A stretch of 64,000 bases of DNA from Octopus sinensis (lineage: Eukaryota), in contig NC_043020.1 in the NCBI RefSeq assembly GCF_006345805.1, positions 24,056,001-24,120,000 of the forward strand, read 5' to 3'. Below the pieces are notes generated by a model. It saw only the letters and a list, made by a program, of their open reading frames with translations. It did no database searches and was not told where the DNA came from. Below, in pieces: positions 25,998 through 40,164 of the stretch. A program made the translations under genes and the position numbers. Numbering within the stretch: the stretch's first letter is position 1; every line of letters starts with the position of its first letter.

Positions 25998-26425
25998 TGC
26001 GCAGGGCAAAATGTTTAGCCGCATTTCGTCCGTCTTTACGTTATGAACTCAAATTCCGCTGAGGTCGACTTTACTTTCATCTATTCAGGGACTTTGAAAT
26101 AAGCTCAAGTTGAGCGTTGAGGTCGATGTAACCGTTAGCCCTCTCACCCCAAAATTTCAGCCCTTGTGCCTATAATAGAAAGGATTATTGCTGCAAGAGT
26201 GGTGCTGGCAGAATGGTTACCACGCAGGACAAAATACTTAGTGGCATTTCTTCCGACCTTACGTTCTGAGTTCAAATTCCGCCGAGGTCGACTTTACCTT
26301 TCATCCTTTCGGATGAAAGGTAAAGTCGACCAGTTACGCACTGGGGTCAATTTAATCGATAAATCCTCTCCCATCTAAAATTTCAGGAATTGTACCTACA
26401 GTAGAAAGGATTATTATTATTATTA

Positions 26426-26485
<60 letters not shown>

Positions 26486-27060
26486 GAGGCAGCTAGCTGG
26501 TAGAATCGTTAGCTCACTGAGTGAAATGCTTAGCGGTATTTCTCTGCCGTTACGTTCTGAGTTCAAATTCCGCCGAGGTCGACTTTGCCTTTCATCCTTT
26601 CGGGGTCGATGAATTAAGTACCAGTTACGCACTGGGGTCGATATAATCGACATAATCCGTCTGTCTGTCCATGTGTGTCTCCTCTGTGTTTAGCCCCTTG
26701 TGGCTAGTAAAGAAATAGGTATTTCGTCTGTCGCTACGTCCTGGGTTCAAAGTCTGCCGACTCGACTTTGCCTTTCACCCTTTCGGGGTTGATGTAATCG
26801 ATTCATCCCTTCGCCCAACATTGCTGCCTTTGGGGCAAAATTTGAAACCATTATGATTATGATTATTATTATTATTATTTACGCCACGCATAATTTTTTT
26901 GCAGTATTTCTTCTTTGTTCTGAGTTCAAATTCTGCCGATGTCGATTCTGCCATTTGTCCTTTCGGGGTCGATAAAATAAGTACTAGTAAAATACTGGGG
27001 TCGACCTAATCGACATCCCCATCCTCTCCAAGTTGCTGGTTTTGTGCCAAAAATTGATAT
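25998..27060 (+). mobile_element. Cluster of about six SINE family A units separated by (TTA)n
   Basis: Repeated TACGTTCTGAGTTCAAATTCCGCCGAGGTCGACTTT units near 26040, 26260, 26550, 26735 and 26920. Confidence 0.9.
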
Positions 27061-29264
27061 TGCTGTCGTTATTGGCCGCTGAGCTGTTAATACGTTTTTT
27101 CTATTTTGATCCTGCGGACAGATCTGAAAGTTCTGGAGATTTTTATCGTTCAAAGTGGATGAAATACTTTCCCCCCCACCCCACCTCAAATTGATTCCAT
27201 GCCAAACAGAACAATCTGAACAAATTGGAATTTATTTGTGAACAACCGGAGTGACAAAGGTAAGTTATTTTTGATATGTTGTTTCTTGTTTGAGATTTAA
27301 CTAGAACAAAAACGGAAAAGAAAAAAAGACAAAAGGAAAAAAAAAGTAAAAGAAAGAAATGCAAAAAAGAAGCAAAAAAACCGCAGATATTTGCGATGAA
27401 ATAATGAAAGTCTCTGTTTTCTTTTTTATCACAGCAAAATACGTCGGGAAAATAGTGATAAAATGAAATTTAAACGTAATTTAGTAATATCAGAAGCTTG
27501 GTTTCGTGTCTTATGTTGTTCTGTTACTAATAATGTCGTAAAAGATATTTTGAATATGTGTGAGCTAATGCAGAAAATATATTGTGTGGTCACAGGGCGT
27601 GCGTTTCTTTCTGATAAAGTTTGAGAAAGTGACCAAACCATCCCCGATGTATGTTTTGGAATGGACTCGCCAATTTCATTTTAACAACGAGTCAATACTT
27701 TCAAGTAGCTCTGAAGGGAGGCGTTCAAATCTACGTATGTAGATCTTAGGAGAAAGGACAAAGCAAGCAAACAGGTCCGACATAATTCAACAGACACGTG
27801 ACAATAGACCAGCAATAATAGTTTGGTGGGGATGAAACACTAGACCCAGAGTCAAGACTATTGGTGAAGACGTTAACTTTCTACTCATAATTAGTAGCAA
27901 GGTAGGGACTGGTAGTAAGCTTAGGGGTCACATAAAATGGCATGTGTTTCGGTGGAGTGTCAATGAACATACAGTTCCTTCTGATCCTCGAAGGCCACAA
28001 GAATATTCTATGTTCTGAATCGTGAATGAGAATATAGGTCACATGTAGTTTTGAACTGGGAGTGAAATTGCTACATCTACGTAGTAAAACCAACTTGAGG
28101 GCATTCTGCCAGCAAGAAGTAAAAAAAAGAACAGAATGTCTTCGGAGCAACATTGGGACAGTCTTCAGAATAACTGAATGAGGTTGCCTCGATCCCCGTG
28201 CTACAAACTAGAAACCGAAGGGACCCCTTTCCCTTTGGCCATTACAAGTGCTGGAATAAGGGAGACGAAGTTCAGGGTTGTGTACAACTGTATCACCTGC
28301 AAGCAGCTCCGATTGTAGATCCACAAAACGTGGAAAAGTCCTTTCGCTCTCGACCCCAGCAATTAGCTGGACAATCTCTCCTTCATCCAACTAGTAACAT
28401 TATAGAATATTTGAGAGGAAAAAAAATGAGAAAAGAAGTTGGAAGAGAAATGCACCTTTGACTTTCAACTTTATATGACTAATGTTTTTACACAAAAGCA
28501 GGACTGTAAAGCCAAAGGTAAACGTGAATTTCAGGTGTCTGATGTAGAAACCAATGATTCTTAGATTGAGTAAAGGATCGAAAGCGGAAACGGGGTTGAT
28601 CCTCTACCCGGATTATAAATTCACATTTACATCAATATTCATTGGTGCATGCAGTAACAATCTCGAAAACCTAGGATTTTCAAGCAAAGAGACCGGCTGA
28701 TACGCACTTTACACATATAGTTTGTAAGTGGAACAATAAGGATCTAGAAGACTTTTAAATGTTCAGCATGTAATACTTATCGTCGTTGTTACGAAATCCC
28801 AGCGATAGTGCATTGTTCCTTCGCAAGAAATCAAATCCTTTCATTCTAGAAAGAACTCCGAAGTAAACCATACATACAGACAGACATGCGCTGCAACAAA
28901 CATAAATACATACAAACGGGGTGTTGGCTTCAATGCTGTGAAATCCAATGACACTACTTGAGATTATATTAATTAATTAGTAAAGCTCATATCAAATACT
29001 TGAACAATTGTATGGGAGACTCCATCCTTAATTACAGTCGTCAGTGGGAATTCCGGTGGGTGTATTATTCCTTTTTGATTCTTTTAATTAGGGCTCAATC
29101 AAGGGTCTTGGATTGCAGGTTTGAATGGAAAACTAATTTGTCAAGGAATTCCTTTTAATTTTACAAGCACAACCCAGAAAATGGGGCGCAAAATTTGAAA
29201 CAGGCATACACAGGCAAACATTAGCCCTGAATCTCACTCGCATACAGATACACGTACGAGTATA

Positions 29265-29300
<36 letters not shown>

Positions 29301-30521
29301 TATAAATATATATATATAGTATGTGTGTGTGCACACACATTGTAATGATTTGTGAGTGGTTACACTAATAAAATAGTGTGTAGACATGTGGTAATATAAT
29401 ATACAACATAATTATTATTACTTAAGGAGATTAAGTTTCATGCTTAGAAAATAATTCAGAATGAATTCTAGGATGTATACTTGGATATATATACGCATAT
29501 AAACAAATACTTTCGTATATACAAGTATATGTACATTTTGTTTATGAGCGTACAGACGCGCATTATATATATATAGTTGTGTTCATACACACGCACACGC
29601 ACGCACATTATAATGTAAGCAACCCTACGTAGTTATGATGGTCGTTGAATTTCTTTCGCCAACAGCTTCTGGTTCAGTAGATTTTTACCTCTGTTCACAA
29701 ATAGCATCACGTATTGTTTTTTCCAGATATAGAGTTATAGAAAAAGACGATTCGTGATTGGCTGTGAGCACACTGTAAGTCATATATACCTGTTTAGCTT
29801 CAGCCCACACCTGGATAATCACAAACGGAAACGACAGCCACAATTTGTATAAATTCTTTGAAATGTTCATGAAATTTTATATTTTAAAATTTCAGATTTG
29901 CTCAAGTAATATCATAATTACTCTTTTATAGTTAATATATATATAATTTGATCTCAGTTCATATATAATTATATTTAATGTTGCAATGTCATTGTTTAAG
30001 CATTTTTAAGAATAACAACTGATAAATAACTGTAGGTGTCTCTCTATACTGACAGCAGAATGCAACGTAGTGTGAAAATGAAGCTCACTAGGATTTCACA
30101 ATTAATATTATTATACTAAAATATCATACTTGCTGTTATTAGAAAAACAACTTATATTTTCGTGTTGCTTTTCCCCATATTATTTAAAAATGTATTATAT
30201 TATATCGTTTCGTTAAAATATAGTTGTATAATTATATCATATAATTACATAGTATATTTCATATATATAACCATAAATGTCACATAACTAACGTAGCTAT
30301 ATGATACACCGGCGTATATGTTGTCAATTCAGCCTTTCACAATCTCACTTCAATAATTTTAATTCCAATGTTCGAACGTGGAATTATATCACCTGAAGAA
30401 TTTTAAACTTCCGTTCTCGTCTTACCTTTGATATATAATGTCTGTATGTATGTATCTCTCTTTATATTGGTTTATTCGTTTTAGAATGTGTGAAGCTACT
30501 TTGGGTTTGTCGGGGTAAGAT

Positions 30522-30900
<379 letters not shown>

Positions 30901-31984
30901 TCTTGTTCTTCAAATACAGAAGAGCTATATAACGTCATGTTCGATTGAGCTGCTATCAATTACAGCCAATGTTTGCTCACATCGTATTCTCACATCGCCC
31001 TATCCACTAGAAAATGAAGTTCACGCTAAAATATGTCAAGTAATGTCATTCTAGATATACATTGTCTAAATAAAGGATGATCTGCGTTTCGCTTTTGATT
31101 GTTAGTCTGTCTTACGAAGTTCAAGATGAACGACCAAAATCATAGCTAATAAGGTAGATCAATCTCATGGGACATATTGAAAAGCTATGGCCAATAAGTC
31201 TTCAAATTACCTAATGATGACGACACAGAGTGCAGGACGTCTCATAACAATCTCTCTGTCACCTAAAGCCATGAAAATAGGTATCAATAAGGACACTCGA
31301 TCCACAAATACACATGTAAGTGGATCTACGATGCTGTTAGTATGTAAGGTTGTTTGCATCCACAGTTGTTCGTTGTTAGCCTGTTGTCCAAGGCTGTCAG
31401 AATGTAACGTTGTTAGTATCCGAAGCTTCTAGTATGCAGCGCTGCTAGAATATGCTTGTGTGTCTGCAAGGACAACGTCCACTTTCATATTCTACCCAGG
31501 CAAAAAATTCTTATTGATATTCCTTTCATTTTTAAATCTTTAACCTCCGAACCTAAAATATAAATATGAAATCGATAAATCTTACCCCGACAAACCCAAT
31601 GTAGCTTCACCCATCCTAAAACGAACAAACCAATATAAAATTTACATAATTATTCCTCAAGATTTTGTAGCATCTCTGACGAAGTCTCTCCGCAGTTTGT
31701 TTTATTGAACGATCCAAAGTTCATGTCTCGTTGTAATCACCTTTATCTTTCAAGCTTTCGAGGTCGATATAAGAGTAACAATCTAGGGCGGCAGTTTGAT
31801 GAAATTGAGAGTTGCAGGAGATACAGTACGCCACCCCTCTTCTGGAATTTGTATTCTGAGAGCAGCCAAGTGAAGATTCTGGTGCCAAATCAGTCGAAAC
31901 GTGTTTTCAACATGGGTAACATTGATTCTGTCAATTCGACAGAATTGCTTTTGGCCACAACACGTTAATTTCTGCATACACTCA

Positions 31985-32010
<26 letters not shown>

Positions 32011-32015
<5 letters not shown>

Positions 32016-32241
32016 GTATGTATGAGTGTGCGCGTGCGTGCGGATATGCTATACGTGTCTATGAGCGTAGACAGATGCGTATGTCTGAGTATATCAATGT
32101 ATATATAGCCACGGATATATGTACATATGCTTATATATAGGTAGATATATGTGCCTATATATTTGGTCATATAATCTACGAGTATATAATTGTATATGTA
32201 TGGTCAGATAGCTTATATATATATGTACATATGTGTGAATG

Positions 32242-32289
<48 letters not shown>

Positions 32290-32540
32290 CACACACACAC
32301 ACACACACACACGCAGTATGTATGAGTGTGCGCGTGCGTGCGGATATGCTATACGTGTCTATGAGCGTAGACAGATGCGTATGTCTGAGTATATCAATGT
32401 ATATATAGCCACGGATATATGTACATATGCTATATATAGGTAGATATATGTGCCTATATATTTGGTCATATAATCTACGAGTATATAATTGTATATGTAT
32501 GGTCAGATAGCTTATATATATATGTACATATGTGTGAATG

Positions 32541-32590
<50 letters not shown>

Positions 32591-32604
32591 CACACACACA
32601 CACA
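32011..32604. repeat. Tandem duplication, period 300 bp
   Basis: ACGCAGTATGTATGAGTGTG starts at 32011 and 32311; one 1-nt indel seen in the unique part. Confidence 0.95.
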
Positions 32605-33985
32605 CATATATATATATGTATGTATGGTCATATGATTTGTCTTTATTATTATAGGAGATATAGATAGTCCATCTGCATATATGGTTACATCTGTTTGTGT
32701 GTGTGCGCATTCGTGCACGCATGTATATGCATATATTCATGTTTGTATAAAATTATTCCCACACACAAGCGTACAACTTTTTTTTTCAAACCTCCTTTGA
32801 TCTCATTAAAATAGTACTTTTAAATGAGGTGTATTATCCAATTAACATTTTTGAAAAAACTTTTACGGATGGTGTGGCAGTGACGTGAATCTTCTGTTAA
32901 ATCCATTTATGTTTTAAGTCAACCACGTTAGATTAATCTACATTTACATGACCGCCATATTTTAATACGAATTTGTCACGTTTCATTCGACATGTCATGT
33001 GTCGTATTTTATATAATTTAAATCATTAATTCTCGTTTTACACAAATATATATATATATTCCCACACGTGTGAGAAACTTGAGTGTTTCTACATGAGCAT
33101 GCGTACGTGCTTGAGCAAGGATTTCGATGGTGAAATCCCTACGTTGTTATTTGACATGCTAATAAACTAATGGACGTCTTAAGTGAAATCACTGTCTCTG
33201 ATAATTTTGTGACAATAGACAATGCTCCTCTCACAGCGTAAATATATATATATATATATATATATATCTGCTGTGTGTACGTGTAGACACACGCACACGC
33301 AAAAACATTACGATAGGTTTAAACATAGCGACAGTAATGTGTAATTATTAGAAATTAATATACTTAAGATTTAGAGCAAAGTGTCAGAAGAGTAGAGAGC
33401 GAAGTATTAATGAATGAATGACGAAAGATCAGGGATCACGTGATCAACTTCATGTGTTTACAGCTGTTTCTGCAAGGCTGTCTTCATGATAACATGTGCG
33501 CTTCTCTCTCTCTCTCCCCCCCCATTCACCTCTAGTGTGTCCGCGTATGCGCTAGTTTCCTTTAAGGTTTAAAAACGGACTTTGTCATTTCGGGTGTCGA
33601 CAAATATTTCGATGACAAAAGCCAGTCAATGTGATACTTCAGCTTGGCACTCGTCTACTACCTTTAATAGTTACAGGGTGCACACACACATACGCATGCG
33701 TACTATAAACCAGTTAGCTACAAGAGTTATGTATATATCCATCTGCAATTCAATCGATCAGTATACTCGCATATATACACATATATACACATACATCCAC
33801 AAATTACAAATCCACATACAAACATGAACATATGCATGATGTATCACCTACAAAGGAGTATATATATATATATATATATATGACGTATATCAAGTTTGTG
33901 TGTATAATACATATCAAGTTTGCATGTGTATAAATATATCTGTGCATATGTATGTAATGTATATGTATGTATATATACTTGTGTA

Positions 33986-35474
33986 TTAGGTTGTCAAGAA
34001 AATTCTTGCGGTTTTTAACCTTTAAATTCCGATGCACATATCTCGGCTCAATCAAAACTTTATTAATCGAAATAAATACCATCAGATCAACACACGTTTG
34101 CCAACGAGAAACAATTTTTTTTTATACCTGTAGCGTAAAAATCCTGCGTTTTGGTGGCGATGAAGTCGTTGAAGGCGTATTTGGCATCGTCTTGGTTTTT
34201 GAAGCATTTCTCACGCAGGAAGTTGTCGAGATGCTTGAAAAAGTGATAGTCGGTAGGCGATAGGTCTGGTAAGTATGGCGGATGAAGAAGAGTTTCGTAG
34301 CTCAATTCGTTCAACTTCTGCAGGGTCAGTTGTGCGACGACGTGCAACCGAGTGTTGTCGTGGTGAAGAATTGGTCCTTTTCTATTGACCAATGCTGGCT
34401 GTAGTTGTCAGAGTTTCTTATGCATTTCATCCATTTGCTGACAGTACTTCTCCGCTGTAATGGTTTCGCCTGGATCCATTTTGGTGGCGGGGGGCGCCAT
34501 TCGCGCCATTATATACACACACACACACAAACACAGATACCCACGTGCCCATAGTCACACATAGACATACACACATACACACAGATATACACATGCATAC
34601 ATATATACATACATATATACATACATACATATGTATACATATATATGATTTTGATAACCATGATAGGTCTCGGCCAATATAGGTCCAGGGCATGTATAAC
34701 TCAATAGCAGCACCTGATGAAGTTTTTTAGTCATATATTCGCAGACCACCAAACAGTCACCATGACCTTCTTTTGGTGCAACTTTGGCTTCGGGAAATGC
34801 CGTGGAGTTTCGTCGGCGTCCAACCACTGAGCTGAGCGTCGTCGGTTGTCGTAAAGAATCCACTTTTGACCGCAGTCACAATCCGGTCGAGAAACGGGTC
34901 GTTCTTACTGAGTAAAAGAAGGGAAGACGACACTTTTCTTTCGTTTTTTTTTTTGTTGTCGTTGAATTTGTGCGGCACCCATTTCTCAAGTATTTTCCAA
35001 GTTGTTGCAAATTGCCATATACGTTACGTCTAATTCAGAAGCAAGCTCGAGAATAGTTGTGCGTGAATTGGCTTCCACTAAGGCTCTTAGTTGATCATTG
35101 TCAACATCCGATGGCTGACCACTACGCTTATCATCTTCAAGACTCTCGGCACCGCTACGAAATTTTTTTCACCACCATAGTGGTTCCTGGGCCAAACGCA
35201 TCGTTGATATCGCAAGCTTTTTCGGCAGCTTTTCGGCCGAGCTTGAACCAGAATAAGAAAATTGTGTGAACTTGCTTTTTGTCTATGTTGTATTCAACGT
35301 TCCGGAAAAATGGCCTAATTATTCAAAATGAAAAAGAGTAACACGATTAGAAAGAGTGAAAAACGGGCTTTAAAATGATATATAAAGTCAAAGTAATTTA
35401 ATGAAAATTAATTTGAAAATACATGATTTAAAACCAAAATTAAAAATTCCGCAAGAACTTTCTTGACAACCTAA
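33986..35474 (-). mobile_element. Mariner transposon, cecropia-like (Hsmar1 type), interrupted at 34478-34738
   Basis: TIRs TTAGGTTGTCAAGAAA / TTTCTTGACAACCTAA with flanking TA. Translated pieces KQVHTIFLFWFKLGRKAAE, SLEDDKRSGQPSDVDNDQLRALVEA, KWVPHKF, FLDRIVT, KVMVTVWWSA, PGETITAEKYCQQ, LLHPPYLPDLSPTDYHFFKHLDNFL. Confidence 0.95.
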
Positions 35475-35475
35475 T

Positions 35476-35478
35476 ATG

Positions 35479-35510
<32 letters not shown>

Positions 35511-35663
35511 TGTATGTATGTATGTATGTATGTATGTATGCATATATGTATGTATGTATGTATTTATGTATGTATATATATATATGTGTGTATATATGTA
35601 TGTATATATATATATATGTATGTATATATATATGTATATATGTATATATATATATGTATGTAT

Positions 35664-35703
<40 letters not shown>

Positions 35704-36060
35704 GTATATATAAATATATATATATATGTATATATATGTATATATAAGTATGTATATATATGTATGTATATATGTATGTATATATGTATGTATATATGTA
35801 TGTATGTATATATGTGTATATATATGTATAGATATCTGTATGTATATGTATGTATATATATATATGTATGTATGTATGTATATATATATGTATGTATGCA
35901 TATATATGTATATATGTATGTATATATGTACATATATATGTATGTATATATGTATGTATCTATATGTATATATATATAGCACACACACACACACACACAT
36001 ATATATACACACACGAGCACACGCGCACACACACACACAAAGACACATATATATATTTTT
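35476..36060. repeat. (TATG)n/(TA)n compound microsatellite
   Basis: Direct observation. Confidence 0.95.
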
Positions 36061-36061
36061 G

Positions 36062-36260
36062 AATGCGGTGAGCTGGCAGAAATGCTAGCACGCTGTGCGA
36101 AATGCTTAGCGGTATTTCGTCTGTCTTTACGTTCTGAGTTCAAATTCCACCGAAGTCGACTTTGCCTTTTATCCTTCCGGGGTCGTTAAATTAAGTACCG
36201 ATCTAATCGAATGGCGTCCCCCCCCGCCACCAAAATTTCGGCCTTGTGACTAGAGAAGAA
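36062..36260 (+). mobile_element. SINE family A
   Basis: GCGGTGAGCTGGCAGAAATGCTAGC...GAGTTCAAATTCC...AAATTTCGGCCTTGTG. Confidence 0.9.
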
Positions 36261-36334
36261 AAGTTGATGTAGATGTATATATATATCTTTATATGTGTGT
36301 GTGTATGTATGTATACATATAGGTATATGTATGA

Positions 36335-36580
36335 ATCCTACCAAAATATGTCAAATCGGAAACGGACCCCATAAAATTCGAAAGTTCACTGGACAAATTT
36401 CTTCAAAAAATCCTGGACCAACCTCCTACACCCGGATATGTCTCCAACAATAATAACTCTTTGCTAGAGTGGGACATGGTGCTCCATATATGACTAAAAA
36501 ACTTCACCAGGTGCTGCTATTGAGTTAGACATGCCCTGGGCCTATACTGGCCGAGACCTATCAAAGTTATCAAAATCATA
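36335..36580 (+). mobile_element. 3' end of a CR1/L2-type LINE
   Basis: Reads KFESSLDKFLQKILDQPPTPGYVSNNNNSLLEW, resembling the CR1-group ORF2 C-terminus (LDKFL...PDQP), then a short UTR and an ATCAAA-type tail. Confidence 0.7.
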
Positions 36581-36694
36581 TATATGTATACATATGTATG
36601 TATGTATATATGTATATATATATGTATGCATGTGTATGTCTGTGTGTATGTGTGTATGTCTATGTGTGACTATGGGTACGTGGGTATCTGTGTT

Positions 36695-36739
<45 letters not shown>

Positions 36740-36779
36740 TATATGCATGCATATATGTATATGTGTGTGTGTAGATATA

Positions 36780-36816
<37 letters not shown>

Positions 36817-37037
36817 GCATATATATATGTATATATGTGTGCAATTATGTATATGTGTGCATATATATGTATATATATATATATAATATATATATTATAT
36901 ATATATATATTATATATATATAATATATATATGCATATGTGTGTGCATGTATGTATGTATGTATATATATATGTGTGTACATATATACATACGCATAATT
37001 CAAATCAAGTGCGTGTCTTTGTATATCTTATATATAG

Positions 37038-37081
<44 letters not shown>

Positions 37082-37687
37082 TACGACTATTCCATTTAAA
37101 ACTCATAAGCTAAAGCTCTCACAAATCCAAAACAGCTAACTCTTTTCACTCACTATTCACTCTCTTTTCTCTCTCTCTCTATTCTCTGTTTTCCCTCTCT
37201 CTATTCTCCCTCCTTTCTCCTTACCAAATCGACAAGAATCTGTCAGTGCTTTCTCATACAGTCGTTAGCTTATTGCTTTCTAGCTTATACTATTTATTTT
37301 AGTTCTTTTTGGTTAATCCTTAAATGATTTCATTTGATATGTCTCTGCTTGTTCTTCGTTGGACACGATTTGTGATATTTAGAGCTTGACTTAACATTAG
37401 CAATTTCTGTGATTAATTAATCTTAAACTTTTTTTATTTTATTTTACGTGAAGAATAAAGATTTCTAATAGAAACACAGGCCAAGTATTTTGGGAGGGAA
37501 AAACTGTCGATTGCACGTCAACGCTCGTGTGTGGGGGTTTGGGTATTCATATATATATATGATCTACATATTTGGCTATGTAAGCATTTACGTGTGTATG
37601 TAAATATATATGAGCAAATATATACAAGTAAATGGTTATGTACGTATATGCGTTTGTGTAAATATACACTTAACCATGTATATATAT

Positions 37688-37727
<40 letters not shown>

Positions 37728-37776
37728 CTATATATATATATACATACATATGCATATATATATACATACATATACA

Positions 37777-37810
<34 letters not shown>

Positions 37811-37835
37811 CACACATATATTTTTTTTTTATTTC

Positions 37836-38218
37836 TTATTTGACTGCGGCATTGCTGGAGTACCGCATTTAGTCGACCAAATCGATCCCAGGACTTATTC
37901 TTTCTAAGCCTAGCACTTCTATCAGTATCGTTTGCTGAACCGCTAATTTATGGGGATATAAACACGCCAACAATCGGTTGTCAAGCGATGGTGGGGAAAC
38001 AAACATACAAACATCGCCCACCATAAATAAATAAATATATATATATATATATATACACGACAGGCTTCTTTCAGTTTCTGCCTACCGAATCAACTCACAA
38101 GGCTTTGGTCGGCCCGAGGCTATAGAAGAAGACACCTGCCCAATTTGCCACGCGGTGGGACTGAACACAGAAACATATGGTTAGTAAGCAAGCTACTTAC
38201 CACACAGACACTCCTGCA
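37836..38218 (-). mobile_element. SINE family B, complete
   Basis: Consensus tail, body and head. Confidence 0.9.
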
Positions 38219-38298
38219 CGTATATATATATATGAGAGAGAGAGAGAGATCTGTACTAGAACATATGGGATAAACAATGAAAGCATGAGTGTGTATAC

Positions 38299-38376
<78 letters not shown>

Positions 38377-38378
38377 AT

Positions 38379-38520
38379 GAAGATGCATGGCCTAGGGGTT
38401 ACGGTGTTGGATCCGTGGTTTTCGATTCCTAGACTGATTCTGCGTTGTGTTCTTGAGCAAAACACTCCATCTCACATCGCTCTTCGATCACTACGATACC
38501 TGACATGTGGTACACCGAGC
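38379..38520 (+). mobile_element. tRNA-derived SINE family C, partial
   Basis: GCATGGCCTAGGGGTTACGGTG...GGTTTTCGATTCC...TGTGTTCTTGAGCAAAACAC. Confidence 0.75.
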
Positions 38521-39368
38521 AACAGTTCGGGGAACGTCGACCTCGCTGATCTGGCCGAGAATTATGCTCAGTTTCCCTCCATCACCAAAAAAAAAATACG
38601 GGTGAATCTACCCACCGATTTACTGAATAAACGGATGTGTTTGTATGCGTGCGTACGCGCATGCGTGCTGGTGTCACGATGTTCGAGGTTTGTTGGAATA
38701 TAATTTCTTCTGTTTGTCAAAAATTTTTAAATTTTAGCTGCGAATTTGAACAATTGTTAACACTTATTCCTATGACAAAGAAATGTAAAGGTTTGAAATC
38801 ACAGACAATGGCCTAATAATCAATGCATTTAGAGAATATTTTTGCTAAATGTCAGTCTACTTCACCACAGCACACGTGACAACGGCCATATTGGAGTAAG
38901 TAAATATATCTGGTAAACATTAGAAAAGACTAACTTCCGGTTTATAATTATATGTTCTCTCTTGAAATTGAGGCTTTGCCTTCGAAGTATTTCTATGAAG
39001 AAAAAAAGGCGAAGTTAAACATATTTAAGATCTACTCTTTGTGTTAACGGCATTGTGGCCCGTCTCCCGTATTGCTTGCATTTATGCATGTGTGTGTGTA
39101 TGTATATTCTCATATACACAAACATATACTCTTACATGTTCACATACATGTGTGTGTGTGTACAATTTTCCATCGTATATTTATGTCGTCTTGACTACCA
39201 CCTAACGACAAGATGCAATGAAAACGAGAAACGTCTTCTAAATCCTTGCAAAGCACATACATACATATATATACATATACATACATATATACATAAACAT
39301 ATATATATAAACATATATATACATATATATATATATATAACACATATATATATATAACATATATATAC

Positions 39369-39399
<31 letters not shown>

Positions 39400-39503
39400 G
39401 ATATACATATATATATATATATATATACATACATATATATATATATATAAACATATATATATATATATATATATATACATACATACATATATATATATAT
39501 ATA

Positions 39504-39555
<52 letters not shown>

Positions 39556-39805
39556 CATACAGGCAGACAGACTGATGTTTATTATATCTGACTGTATAAA
39601 TGGGTATAATTATATATTTTTGATGTGTCTGTGTAAACATACCGCAAAATATAATGAGCAAGGGGATGTAACTCAAGTGCGCCAATAACTATTCAAGTGA
39701 TAATGAATTGAACGAAGTCTGTAAGATGTACTTTTTTATGCTCAGAAACGTATTTCATAATTGGAAAAGGAAGAAAGCCCCTTTCTCTTATTGCATGGCA
39801 GTCTC

Positions 39806-39858
<53 letters not shown>

Positions 39859-39990
39859 TGTGTATGTATAATCTGTGAGTGTCCGTCTGTGTATGTACTT
39901 GTATATAAGTATACATATTTGTACAAATATACATGGATACGCCACTATTCGTGAGTATGCATTATATATAAATGTGTCTAGGTACTATGC

Positions 39991-40081
<91 letters not shown>

Positions 40082-40164
40082 GTTTCAGTTGAATTAGGTA
40101 CATAAATTGAGGCACCAAGTGTGTCCAGCACTATCCGCACAGCTTGAAGTTAGGTGAATAAAAT

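Noticed and set aside
25110-27060. Idea that family A SINEs use the neighbouring Dong-like machinery
   Set aside because: The 3' ends share no visible sequence, and the tails are on opposite strands (SINE ATT versus element AAT).
29727-29774. 48-bp segment between a good acceptor (TTTTTTCCAG) and donor (GTAAGT)
   Set aside because: All three frames contain stops. A UTR exon cannot be excluded but has no support without RNA-seq.
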